64,000 nt of DNA from Longimicrobiales bacterium (GCA_965116905.1 OZ220732.1:416001-480000); one strand, 5' to 3'. Counted from the stretch's first letter, positions 10,352-19,720 are shown. Translations and numbers: made by a program. The notes: generated from the letters alone by a model not told the origin.

Positions 10352-11599
10352 ATGACCAGCACTCTCAGCCACCCCGGCCGCCTCCCCGAAAACGTCGCAC
10401 ACTTCGTACGCCTTCTGCGCGCCGCCGGGCTGCCTGTGGGACCCGGCCACACAATCACCGCCGCCCGGGCGCTCGCGGCCGTGGACATCACGAGCAAGCG
10501 ACAGTTCTTCTGGGCTCTCCACGGCACCCTCGTCTCGCGCCACGAGCACCACCACATCTTCGAGAGCGCGTTCCGGCTGTTCTGGCGCGACCCGTTCGGC
10601 GCGGACGAGGCATTGGCCGCACTGCTCTCGCGCTCGCAGATCCCGGCCGAGAAGCCGACGCGGAAGGCACCGGCCCGGCTGGCACCCGAGCACGAGGCGA
10701 CAAACCTGCCCGCCGGCGAGCTCGCGGGCGACCCGGTCGAGCAGTTTCCGTTGCGAATGGCGTTCTCGCCGGGCGAAGTCTCCCGCACCAAGGACTTCGA
10801 GGAGATGACTCCCGCCGAGGTACGGCAGGCCAGGGACGCGATGCGGAGACTCGAACTCGACCTGCGGCCGGTGCGCACACGCCGGCACCGTCCTGACCCG
10901 GAAGGACGCCTGATCGATTTGCGGCGCACCCTGCGGACGACCGTGCGCACTGGTGGCAATCCGTTGCCGCTCCAGCGCCGGTCAATGGCGACACGGCGCC
11001 CCGTCCTGGTGACGCTCTGTGACATTTCGGGGTCGATGGAGGCCTATTCGCGCATTCTGCTCCATTTCTTCCACGCGCTCACGAACGCCGGCGACCGCGT
11101 CCACACGTTCGTGTTCGGCACGCGGCTGACCAACATCACGCGACTCCTGAAGGACCGCGACGTGGACCGCGCGCTAGACCGCGTGGGAGGCACCGTCACC
11201 GACTGGTACGGGGGCACGCGGATCGGAGCCGCGCTGGGCGCATTCAACCTGCTCTGGTCCCGCCGGCTCCTCGCACAGGGGGCGGTGGTGCTGCTGGTGA
11301 CGGACGGACTGGATCGGGAGGGGGGGACGGGGATACGACTGCAGGCACGCCGCCTGCGCAAGTCGTGCCGAAGACTGATCTGGCTCAATCCCCTGCTGCG
11401 CTACCGGGACTTCGCCCCCAAGGCGGCCGGCATCCGTGCGCTTCTCCCGGAGGTGGACGAACATCGGCCCGTGCACAACCTCGACAGCCTGGAGCGCCTG
11501 GCCGACGCGCTGAGCGGCCGCAACCCACCGCGCCCGACCGCCGTCAGGCTGCCGGGAGCGAACGCCAGGGATGGAGTCGTTGAGGACGCTGCTGGGTGA
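10352..11599 (+). CDS. coxE: VWA-domain protein CoxE-like
   Basis: MIDAS motif CDISGSM, FVFGTRLTNIT, GGTRIG, VTDGLDR, IWLNPLL. Confidence 0.9.
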   Translation: MTSTLSHPGRLPENVAHFVRLLRAAGLPVGPGHTITAARALAAVDITSKRQFFWALHGTLVSRHEHHHIFESAFRLFWRDPFGADEALAALLSRSQIPAEKPTRKAPARLAPEHEATNLPAGELAGDPVEQFPLRMAFSPGEVSRTKDFEEMTPAEVRQARDAMRRLELDLRPVRTRRHRPDPEGRLIDLRRTLRTTVRTGGNPLPLQRRSMATRRPVLVTLCDISGSMEAYSRILLHFFHALTNAGDRVHTFVFGTRLTNITRLLKDRDVDRALDRVGGTVTDWYGGTRIGAALGAFNLLWSRRLLAQGAVVLLVTDGLDREGGTGIRLQARRLRKSCRRLIWLNPLLRYRDFAPKAAGIRALLPEVDEHRPVHNLDSLERLADALSGRNPPRPTAVRLPGANARDGVVEDAAG

Positions 11600-12557
11600 A
11601 GACGATCAGCTCCTGTTTCTCGCGCCGCGGGAGCCGGTAGCGCGGGGGCGCGGGCCACGATACCATGGGCACCTCCGGCCCTGGTCCGGTTTCGCCATTC
11701 GCCTGCCCGGCGTGTGTCGCGGGAACGAATACCGGTGCGCCCGGCTCCGGGCCATCGGCAATCTCCGAGGCAGGCAGCGCAACGACCTCGGTGGCCCATT
11801 CCCTGAAGCGTCGAATGACCCGCTGCGAGTCCTGTCCGGCCACCGCCAGGGTGCAATCCAGGAAGCGCGCGCTGTATCGCTCCAGCGTGCGCCGGCGCAC
11901 ACCCAGTCTCCGGGCAACGGTGCTCCACCTGTTCAGCTGCCGCTCGCGCAGCGCCCACATGAGAGTCGCCCAGCTCAGGAATTCCTTCAGCGTGCATTGG
12001 ACTGGCGATTCCGTGTTCCAATAGCGCCGCAGAGCTCTCGGGTTCAGCTTCGCCTGCTCGGCCAAGGCGGTGACGCTTGTGACCGGCACCAGCGAATCGT
12101 CATCGGCATCGGTCCGGCAAACCCGTCGAATCACGTCCGCGAGCGAACGGTGCAGCGAACGGTGAGCCAGCATTCGTCGACCCAGGACGCTAACCGGATC
12201 CCTGTGCCACGGGTCGATTCGCGCGACCACGCGCATCAATCGCTCCTGCGCTTCCTCGGCCCAGACGATCTGGCGCTCGCTGTCGCCGGACGCGCGCATC
12301 CACTGCACCCAATCCAGGGACACCGGCACGATCAGCACAAACGAAGGACCCGCGGGTCCGCCTTGGGCGGACAAGGTCCGAAGCCACTGGATATCCTCGG
12401 GGGAATACTGCTCCAGGACCACGACAGCCACGCTCGCCCCGCCGAGCAGGGACTCCTGAAACGTCCTTCGACAGTCCGTCGCCGTGCAATCGACGCTTGC
12501 CAGCGCTTCCTTCAGTCGCCGCCTCGTCTTCCGCTTCCCACAATATAAGCCGACCAT
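11544..12557 (-). CDS. Putative transcriptional regulator: degenerate receiver-like N-terminus plus AraC-like double HTH
   Basis: SVTALAEQAKLNPRALRRYW and WSTVARRLGVRRRTLERY resemble two HTH motifs; the gene is divergent from the aminotransferase operon. Confidence 0.55.
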   Translation of the reverse strand: MVGLYCGKRKTRRRLKEALASVDCTATDCRRTFQESLLGGASVAVVVLEQYSPEDIQWLRTLSAQGGPAGPSFVLIVPVSLDWVQWMRASGDSERQIVWAEEAQERLMRVVARIDPWHRDPVSVLGRRMLAHRSLHRSLADVIRRVCRTDADDDSLVPVTSVTALAEQAKLNPRALRRYWNTESPVQCTLKEFLSWATLMWALRERQLNRWSTVARRLGVRRRTLERYSARFLDCTLAVAGQDSQRVIRRFREWATEVVALPASEIADGPEPGAPVFVPATHAGQANGETGPGPEVPMVSWPAPPRYRLPRREKQELIVFTQQRPQRLHPWRSLPAA

Positions 12558-12661
12558 CGCAGCAAAATAGGCGGGAGGCGCGCACGCGGCAATGACGCGG
12601 CAACCACGCGGACGTCAAGTGTTCCCGGACGTGATGACCGGCGCGGCGGCCCGCTCTTACC

Positions 12662-12728
12662 GGCGCGGTGTCCCGTACTCACTGGCGCGGTGTCCCGTAC
12701 TCGCCTAAGATGCACTCGGATGCACTCG
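12662..12728. repeat. Direct repeats in a divergent promoter region
   Basis: GGCGCGGTGTCCCGTACTC at 12662 and 12684 (22-bp period), followed by GATGCACTCG x2. Confidence 0.85.
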
Positions 12729-12751
12729 CAACCGCATGAGGAGAGTTGAGT

Positions 12752-13921
12752 ATGAACACCAGGTTTTCTCGCCGTCACTTCATGGGCAGTGCCGCAGCGG
12801 CGCTGGGCGCCCTCGGCCTGCGGCCCGCCACCGCCCTCGGCGCCGGCATCCGGCCCCCGCCTCCGGGGATCGAGCCGCGCGATCCCTACGACGACCTCGC
12901 GAAGCTTTCTTCGAACGAGAATCCGTACGGCCCGTCGGAAAAGATGATGGCGTCCATGAACGCCGCCTGGAAGTATTCCAACCGGTACGGGTACCCCGAT
13001 GGCGACGTGCTCGAGAAGATCGCGGAACACCACGGTGTCGACACCCGCAACATCATCATGCATGCGGGGTCCGGAGAGACGCTGAAGGTCGCCGCGCTCG
13101 CGTTCCTGCGGCACGAAGAGAAGGTGGTCGGCGTCGAGCCCACGTACCTGACCGTGTACCGGGCCGCCTCGGGCGTGGACGCCGATGCGATCACCCGTCC
13201 GCTCCTTCCCGACCACACCCAGGACATCGACGACCTGATCCAGGTCACGAAGCGCAACTACCGCGACGTCGGCATGGTATACGTCTGCAACCCCAACAAC
13301 CCGACCGGCGTGGTCGTCCCCGATGCGGACATCCGGCGCCTCCTCGACAACATCCCCGAGGACATCCCAGTCCTGATCGACGAGGCGTACCATCACTTCG
13401 TGCAGGATCCGCGCTACGCGACCGCGGTTCCCTACATCAAGGAGGGGCGCAAAGTCCTCGTGACCCGCACCTTCTCCAAGATCTACGGCATGGCGGGCCT
13501 GCGCCTCGGCTACGGGATCGCCCCGCCCGAGATGATCGACGAGATGCGGACCTACACGACCGGCACGATCAACGCGCTCGTCAAATGGGGCGGCGTGGCC
13601 GCACTCGAAGACAACGAGTCCGAAGCCTGGGTCAGGGACACGACCATCGCGTTGCGCGAGGCCACGGCGAACGAGCTTAGCAACCAGGGCTTCGAGGTCA
13701 TCCCCTCCGAGACCAACTTCTTCATGGTGCACACCGGCCGGCCCGCCTCGGAGGTCCGCGCCGAGTTCCGCAAGCATGACGTTGCCGTGGGACGCGACTT
13801 CCCGCCGATGCTGGACTACCTGCGCGTTTCGATCGGCACGGAGGAAGAGATGAAGCGCTTCCTGACGGCCTGGAACCAGATCTTCCCGGACGGAATGACG
13901 GCAACGGGCAACAGTCGGTAG
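12752..13921 (+). CDS. Tat-exported PLP-dependent aminotransferase class I/II (HisC-like)
   Basis: Tat signal SRRHFMG; LSSNENPYGP, CNPNNPTG, IDEAY, and RTFSKIYGMAGLRLGY (PLP lysine). Confidence 0.88.
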   Translation: MNTRFSRRHFMGSAAAALGALGLRPATALGAGIRPPPPGIEPRDPYDDLAKLSSNENPYGPSEKMMASMNAAWKYSNRYGYPDGDVLEKIAEHHGVDTRNIIMHAGSGETLKVAALAFLRHEEKVVGVEPTYLTVYRAASGVDADAITRPLLPDHTQDIDDLIQVTKRNYRDVGMVYVCNPNNPTGVVVPDADIRRLLDNIPEDIPVLIDEAYHHFVQDPRYATAVPYIKEGRKVLVTRTFSKIYGMAGLRLGYGIAPPEMIDEMRTYTTGTINALVKWGGVAALEDNESEAWVRDTTIALREATANELSNQGFEVIPSETNFFMVHTGRPASEVRAEFRKHDVAVGRDFPPMLDYLRVSIGTEEEMKRFLTAWNQIFPDGMTATGNSR

Positions 13922-13926
13922 GCCGG

Positions 13927-14787
13927 TTGTCTCGGCCCGGTGTGGTCCTTGCCCTGGCGGCGGGGACCGTCGCTGGCCTGTGCGGGCCTGCCACGCGGGG
14001 CAACGCTCAGGAAGTCGCCTGTCCCACCGACCTCGAACTCCTCGTCGAGCGCCCCTATGCGGCGCGGGCGGGAATCGGGGTCGGGTCCACCGTGCTCGTC
14101 CGTGCCAGACCCGATGCAAGTCCGTGCTCGGCGCGGGTCGCGGGCATCCTTGAACTGGCGGCGGACCCGTCCCGGCTCATGGCCACGCGGCCGCGCGTCC
14201 TGCTTCACCTTGCCCATCTCCAGGCGCTGACAGGACGAACGGACGAGGTGGACTATTTCACCGTCCAGCTTCGACGCGGAGCCGATCCCGGTGTGGTCGC
14301 CGGCGAGCTGGAACCGCTCCTTGTCGGCACCCGGGTCCATCTCACGACCGAGGTCACCGATCGGGCCTCGGAGACCTTTCGCGTCGTGAGCCGATTCCAC
14401 GCGGCCATCGCGGGCATCACGCTGGTCGCAGGCGGGGTCTTTCTGGCGTGCATCATGGTCCTCAAGGTGCAGGAGCGGCGCGACGCCGTGGCCGCAGCAC
14501 GGCTGGCCGGCATCCCCCGCCGCATTCTGCTGGGGTGGACGGTCGCCGAAGCGGCGCTTCTGTCAGCCCTCGGCGGAGGGGCCGGGCTGGGTGTCGGCTT
14601 CGCGGGGTCGGCGGCGGTGAACGCGTACTATCAGCGCGCCTACGACACGACGCTGGTGTTCTCGGTCGTCACCGGCGAGATGGTCGTGCAAGCGCTCCTG
14701 CTCGCCGTGGTCCTCGGCATGGCCGCAGGGGTTGTCGCCGGCTTCCGAATGTTCGCATCCGACCCGCTCGAACAGCTGGGCGTGTAG
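13927..14787 (+). CDS. FtsX/MacB-type ABC permease, C-terminal half only, with an N-terminal signal peptide
   Basis: FtsX motif VLKVQERRDAVAAARLAGIPRRILLGWTVAEAALL. Lacks TM1 and the first part of the periplasmic domain. TTG start 5 nt after the upstream stop. Confidence 0.75.
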   Translation: MSRPGVVLALAAGTVAGLCGPATRGNAQEVACPTDLELLVERPYAARAGIGVGSTVLVRARPDASPCSARVAGILELAADPSRLMATRPRVLLHLAHLQALTGRTDEVDYFTVQLRRGADPGVVAGELEPLLVGTRVHLTTEVTDRASETFRVVSRFHAAIAGITLVAGGVFLACIMVLKVQERRDAVAAARLAGIPRRILLGWTVAEAALLSALGGGAGLGVGFAGSAAVNAYYQRAYDTTLVFSVVTGEMVVQALLLAVVLGMAAGVVAGFRMFASDPLEQLGV

Positions 14788-14799
14788 TCGTCCACGGCC

Positions 14800-15993
14800 A
14801 TGATGCTCGCGCTCAATTCGATTCGTGAACTCCGGTACCGGCCGCTGCGAACCGCGCTCACCCTTGGCGGCGTGACCGTGGCCACCGCCATGCTCTCGGA
14901 CATGCTGATGCTCGGAGGCGGAATCCAGCGGAGTTTCGGCGAGGCGCTCGAGTCGGTCGGATACGAACTGCGCCTGTCCCCGAAGGGCACCTTGCCGTTC
15001 GACACGGAAGCCACGATCCGCGGGATCGGTGGACTTCGTGACACCGTGGAATCCGTTGCGGGAGTGGAAAGCCTGGTGCCGGTGCTGGCGCAGACGCTGA
15101 CCATCGTGGCCGGCGGCGGCGGACCGGCCGCGGCGGACGCCGGTCGGCAGACGCTGGCGCTGGGACTGGACACGGAAGAGGAAGGACTCTACACACTGCT
15201 CGCCGGCCGTCCGCCCGGCGCCGGGGAAATCCTGCTCGATCCCGCGATGGCCGCGCTCCTCGACGTGCGGTCCGGCGACCGCCTGAGCCTGGGTGTCAGC
15301 AGCCGGTTCGGCACCTGGGGCAGCGACGCGACCGCCGAAGTCTCCGGGACCGCCGAGTTCATCTTCGCCACCCGGCGAGACATGCCGGTCGCCCTTCCGC
15401 TGGCCGACCTGCAGACGATCTCGGGTCGCGTGGACCAGGCCTCGTTCGCCATGATCCGCGTGCGCGGGGGCCACGCTCCCGAGTCCGTTCGGGAGGCCAT
15501 CACGGCCGCGACCGACCGCGTCGAGGTCGTGACGCTGGCCGGCATCGCAGAGCAGGTCGACGAACGGCTTTCGTACTTCCGGCAGCTCTCGGCGATTCTC
15601 GCCAGCGTCAGCCTGCTGGTGGCCGCACTCCTCATCGGGACGATCAGCGCCGTGTCCGTGAGCGATCAGTTGGGGACCATCGCCGCTCTCCGCGCCATCG
15701 GCGTGTCGCGGCGAAGAATCGTCGGTGACCTGACGGCCGAGAGCGCGGTTCTGTGCGGCGTCGGCGGCGGGCTGGGAATCGGGCTCTCGATCGCGGTCGC
15801 GCACTACCTGGAGTCGATCCTGGCCGACTTCCCGGGGCTCCCCGTCGCCGTGCGCTTCTTCGTGCTGAGCCCTGGGAGCCTCGCTGCCGCGTACGGCCTC
15901 GTGGTCGCCGCAGGGGTCGTCGCGGGTCTGTTGCCCGCACTGCGCGCCACGCGGCTCGAGGTGACGACGCTCCTCCACCGGGAGGAACCGTGA
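14800..15993 (+). CDS. FtsX/MacB (LolC/E-like) ABC permease, full length
   Basis: RPLRTALTLGG TM1, periplasmic core, IAALRAIGVSRRRIV FtsX motif, C-terminal LPALRATRL. Confidence 0.88.
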   Translation: MMLALNSIRELRYRPLRTALTLGGVTVATAMLSDMLMLGGGIQRSFGEALESVGYELRLSPKGTLPFDTEATIRGIGGLRDTVESVAGVESLVPVLAQTLTIVAGGGGPAAADAGRQTLALGLDTEEEGLYTLLAGRPPGAGEILLDPAMAALLDVRSGDRLSLGVSSRFGTWGSDATAEVSGTAEFIFATRRDMPVALPLADLQTISGRVDQASFAMIRVRGGHAPESVREAITAATDRVEVVTLAGIAEQVDERLSYFRQLSAILASVSLLVAALLIGTISAVSVSDQLGTIAALRAIGVSRRRIVGDLTAESAVLCGVGGGLGIGLSIAVAHYLESILADFPGLPVAVRFFVLSPGSLAAAYGLVVAAGVVAGLLPALRATRLEVTTLLHREEP

Positions 15994-16685
15994 ACCGGGG
16001 AGCGGTCGTCGTCGTCCGCGACGCCACGCGTGACTATCGCCAGGGTCAGACGGTCGTGCGGGCGCTCCGGGGCATCTCGGTCACGGTGGACCAGGGTGAT
16101 TTCCTGGCGGTGACGGGCCCGAGCGGATCGGGCAAGTCGACCCTGCTGCACCTGCTCGGAGGCGTGGATGTCGCCACGGCGGGCGAGGTGCGCTTTCTGG
16201 GCCGGGATCTGGCAAAGATGACGGTGGAGGCGCGTGCCGCGCTGCGCCTCCGCGAAGTCGGCCTCGTGTTCCAGCGCTTCCACCTGCTGCCCATGCTCAC
16301 CGCGCTCGAGAACGTGGAGTTGCCGTTGGCCGCGGCGCGAGTGCCGCGCCGGGAGCGTCGCGACCGCGCTGCCGCGGTGCTCACACGCGTGGGGCTCGCG
16401 GATCGTCTGCGCCATCGTCCCGCCGCGCTTTCCGGTGGGCAACGGCAGCGCGTCGCCATCGCCCGCGCTCTCGTCAACCGACCCGCACTGGTCCTCGCGG
16501 ACGAACCCACAGGCGAACTCGACCGCGCGGCCTCGCGCCGCGTGCTGGACCTCTTCCGCGACCTCAACGCCGCCGGAACGACCCTCGTGGTCGCCACCCA
16601 CGACCTGGAATTCGCGGCGGGCGCGCGCCGCCGGATCGAGGTCGTCGATGGGCGGATCGCCCGGAACTCCGCGGACTCCCGATGA
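15990..16685 (+). CDS. ABC transporter ATP-binding protein (LolD/MacB-type)
   Basis: GPSGSGKST, LSGGQRQRVAIARAL, LADEPTGELD, VATHD; GTGA overlap with the upstream permease. Confidence 0.93.
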   Translation: MNRGAVVVVRDATRDYRQGQTVVRALRGISVTVDQGDFLAVTGPSGSGKSTLLHLLGGVDVATAGEVRFLGRDLAKMTVEARAALRLREVGLVFQRFHLLPMLTALENVELPLAAARVPRRERRDRAAAVLTRVGLADRLRHRPAALSGGQRQRVAIARALVNRPALVLADEPTGELDRAASRRVLDLFRDLNAAGTTLVVATHDLEFAAGARRRIEVVDGRIARNSADSR

Positions 16686-18151
16686 TCGCGCGTCTCGTCC
16701 GGGCCTCCTTCCTGCAGCGCCCCGGGCGCAGTCTCCTGCTGCTGGCCGGCTACGCGCTCGGCGTCGGCGTCACGATCGTCCTGCTCTCGGTGGGCGGCGC
16801 GCTCGAGGACCAGGCGAGGGACAGGGAACTCGTGGGCGGCGGCGACCTGGTCGTCCTCCCGGCGGGCATCGACCTGGAGACGCTCAAGACCGGAGGCGTC
16901 AGCTCGATGTATTTCACCATCGAGCAGGCTTCCCTGCTGTATCGGGACGTGCTGAGCACCCGCTTCAAGGATCGGGTCGACGCTGCCGTCCCCTGGATCA
17001 TGGACGAGCTGCTCTACCTCGAAGCGGACACGGGAGTGGTGGCGCTTTCCGCCGGGGCCACGATCCCGGGGCTCGCGGAGCAGCTCTCGGTGTCGCCCGA
17101 GCTGCTCGAGGGCACCTGGCGCGACCTCGATGACGGTCTCAGCTGGCGGAGTCCGTCCGACGCCGAGCTCTACCGTTCGCTGGACGCGCTGCACGTGCCG
17201 CGGGGCGCGGCCGCGTCCGACTCGACATGGGCCGAGTGGCACTACTTCAACGTCCTGATCCCGGACGCGGGATGGCTCTACCTGACCTACATGGTCGCCG
17301 GCGAGGTTCCCGACGGCCGCTGGGGTGGCCGCCTGCTCGCGACCCGCGTCGAGCCGGGGACCGCGGAACGCGCGTATCTCGAGACGGTGCCGGCGTCCGA
17401 GGTCCGCTTTACGGAGGGGGAGCCCGACCTCTCGATCGGGCGCTCCAGCGTCGCGGTCCAGGACGACGGCAGCTATCGCCTTCATGCCCGTATTCCCTCC
17501 GAGACCGGTGGGGCGCCGCTTGGGGTCGACCTGACCGTCACGGCCCGTTCGCGCCGGTATCTCCCGCCGGTCGATATCGGCACGGAGCAGATCGTGTCCG
17601 GCTACACCGTCCCGCTGCTCGATGCGGCGGCAACCGGCCAGGTGTGCGAGGGTACCCGGTGCCGGTCGCTCGACAGCGCCCGTGCCTACCATGACCACAA
17701 CTGGGGCACATGGTCGGGTGTGACCTGGGACTGGGGTCAAGCGTACCTGGGCGACTATTCGGTGCTGTATGGAGGCGTCGCCTCTTCGGACGCCCCCGGG
17801 CCCGCCGCGGACGAACCGCCGGATGAATCCAGCGGGCCACGCATTCTCTACCTGGCGGACGACAACGGCTTCGCGGGCATCCTGCCGATTCGCCAGCTCC
17901 GCGTCGAGCGTCCGGGCGGCGACAGGCGGACCGCCCCCGAATCGATCGCGATACTGGCGACGAACGGGGCCGATTCCCTCGCGCTCGAGATCACAATCGT
18001 GCACGCGCGCTCCACGCAGGTTCCGGTCGCTGCAAGCACCCTGGATCCCCTCTTCTTCCAGATGCGTGGAACGGCCGTGCTGTCCGGCCGCTTGCGCGGC
18101 TCGCCGATTCTCGAATCGGGAGACGGGTTCTTCGAGACCTGGACCCGCTGA
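16682..18151 (+). CDS. Fusion of the N-terminal half of a MacB-type permease with an AttH/CrtC-like (lipocalin-fold) domain
   Basis: N-terminus RPGRSLLLLAGYALGVGVTIVLLSVG...GGGDLVVLPAG is permease TM1 plus periplasmic start. WAEWHYFN and AYHDHNWG...WDWG are AttH/CrtC/tocopherol-cyclase-like motifs. No FtsX TM2-4. Confidence 0.7.
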   Translation: MIARLVRASFLQRPGRSLLLLAGYALGVGVTIVLLSVGGALEDQARDRELVGGGDLVVLPAGIDLETLKTGGVSSMYFTIEQASLLYRDVLSTRFKDRVDAAVPWIMDELLYLEADTGVVALSAGATIPGLAEQLSVSPELLEGTWRDLDDGLSWRSPSDAELYRSLDALHVPRGAAASDSTWAEWHYFNVLIPDAGWLYLTYMVAGEVPDGRWGGRLLATRVEPGTAERAYLETVPASEVRFTEGEPDLSIGRSSVAVQDDGSYRLHARIPSETGGAPLGVDLTVTARSRRYLPPVDIGTEQIVSGYTVPLLDAAATGQVCEGTRCRSLDSARAYHDHNWGTWSGVTWDWGQAYLGDYSVLYGGVASSDAPGPAADEPPDESSGPRILYLADDNGFAGILPIRQLRVERPGGDRRTAPESIAILATNGADSLALEITIVHARSTQVPVAASTLDPLFFQMRGTAVLSGRLRGSPILESGDGFFETWTR

Positions 18152-18277
18152 TTCACCCGCCCGGCGGTCTGGCGCCGTCACGGGCGCCGGGGCGCGGGTC
18201 CGCAATGCTTGGCGACGTGTGCCGATATGCCCGATATTCCCGGTCCGCACTCCCGACGCCCCCTGTCCCGCCAGCCC

Positions 18278-19720
18278 ATGAACCCACCTTCCCTCCGGCA
18301 GACCGCCGCCCGCGTACGGCGCGGCGACATCACCGCCCGGAGCGTTGTCGAAGAGGCCATCCGGCGCCACGAGGAGAGCGATCTCGGCGCCTACATCGTA
18401 TTCGACCCGGAGGGTGCCCGCGCCCGGGCCCGCGCAATCGACGCGGCAGTGGCGCGCGGAGAGGACCCCGGACCCCTGGCCGGAGTCACCGTCTCGGTCA
18501 AGGACCTGTATGGCGTCGAGGGCCTGCCGATCCGCGCCGGGACCAGGCGGGAGCTTCCCGCACACTGGCGCCGGGAGGGCTTTCTGGTCCGTACCATGCG
18601 AGAACTCGGGGCCGTGATCGTCGGAAAGACGCACACGGTGGAACTGGCGTTCGGAGGCGTCGGCCTGAACCCGAACACGGGAACCCCCGTAAACCCCTGG
18701 GACGCCGACGAACACCGCGCGCCGGGAGGCTCTTCGGCAGGTGCGGGTGTGAGTCTGTGGGAAGGATCGGCCCTCATCGCGCTGGGAAGCGATACGGGAG
18801 GATCGGTGAGGATACCGGCTTCGGCCACGGGGGTGGTGGGCCACCGCCATACCACGGGAAGGTGGCCGACCAGTGGCGTCGTCCCCCTGAGCACCACCCT
18901 CGACACGGTTGGGCTCCTGACGCGCACGGCGGCGGATTCACGATACGCGTTCGGGCTGATCGACACGCGGGCCGCCAGCCCACCCGGGGCAGGCCGCGGT
19001 GCCGGGGACGCCCCCCCGCCCGCCGGCGGCCCGGGTCACCCGGCAACGACCGTCGCCGGCCTCCGGATCGGCCTTCCCCGCTCCGACCTGTGGAGGCGGG
19101 CCGCGCCCGATATCGCCGCCGTCGTCCGCCGCGCACTCGGCGAACTGGAGGCCGCGGGCGCGCACGTCCTCGAAGTCGAAGCCCCGGAACTGGACGAGGC
19201 CGGCGAGCGGTACCTGGCGGGCGAATTGGTGCAGCCGGAGCGCTTCGAGTCACTGGAACGGGATCTTCCCGGCTGGACTCCCATCCTGGACCCCACCGTG
19301 GGCAAGCGGCTGGAGTCCGCCCGGGACGTGAGCGCCGTGGACTACGTGGCCGTGTTGCGCGCGCGCCGCCGGCTCTCGGAAAGCATCCATGCCAGAATCG
19401 AAGCCGGGCGCATCGACGTGCTCGCCACGCCCACCCTCCCCATCACCCCGCCCCCGCTGTCCGCCCTGTCCAGGCTGGATGTCTACCGCGCGGTCAACCG
19501 CGACATGCTGTCCGGCACCGGTCCGGCCAGCATGCTGGACATGTGCGCCGTGAGCCTCCCCGCCGGCCTGGATGAGCACGGCATCCCCGTCGGCTTGCAG
19601 CTCATCGGCCCGTCGGGCGGCGACCACGTCCTCCTGGAGCGGGCGGGCGCGGTGGAAGCCGTGCTCGGGACGGCACACGCGCGGCTGGGCACACCGCCCC
19701 GCCTCACGGCCTCACCCTGA
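18278..19720 (+). CDS. Amidase signature family protein
   Basis: Catalytic Lys in SVKDLY, GGSSAGAG, GSDTGGSVRIPAS, PVGLQLIG. Start uncertain (18209-18278). Confidence 0.9.
   Translation: MNPPSLRQTAARVRRGDITARSVVEEAIRRHEESDLGAYIVFDPEGARARARAIDAAVARGEDPGPLAGVTVSVKDLYGVEGLPIRAGTRRELPAHWRREGFLVRTMRELGAVIVGKTHTVELAFGGVGLNPNTGTPVNPWDADEHRAPGGSSAGAGVSLWEGSALIALGSDTGGSVRIPASATGVVGHRHTTGRWPTSGVVPLSTTLDTVGLLTRTAADSRYAFGLIDTRAASPPGAGRGAGDAPPPAGGPGHPATTVAGLRIGLPRSDLWRRAAPDIAAVVRRALGELEAAGAHVLEVEAPELDEAGERYLAGELVQPERFESLERDLPGWTPILDPTVGKRLESARDVSAVDYVAVLRARRRLSESIHARIEAGRIDVLATPTLPITPPPLSALSRLDVYRAVNRDMLSGTGPASMLDMCAVSLPAGLDEHGIPVGLQLIGPSGGDHVLLERAGAVEAVLGTAHARLGTPPRLTASP

Noticed and set aside
12662..12702. 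19-bp repeats as a mini-CRISPR or attachment sites
   Set aside because: Only 3 nt separate the copies, and there is no cas or integrase gene nearby.
12752..13921. Assigning the symbol hisC
   Set aside because: The Tat signal and non-his context argue against a housekeeping histidine biosynthesis role.
18278..19720. Assigning the symbol gatA
   Set aside because: No gatB or gatC is adjacent, and the motif reads GGSVRIPA rather than the usual GatA GGSIRQPA; a generic amidase call is safer.
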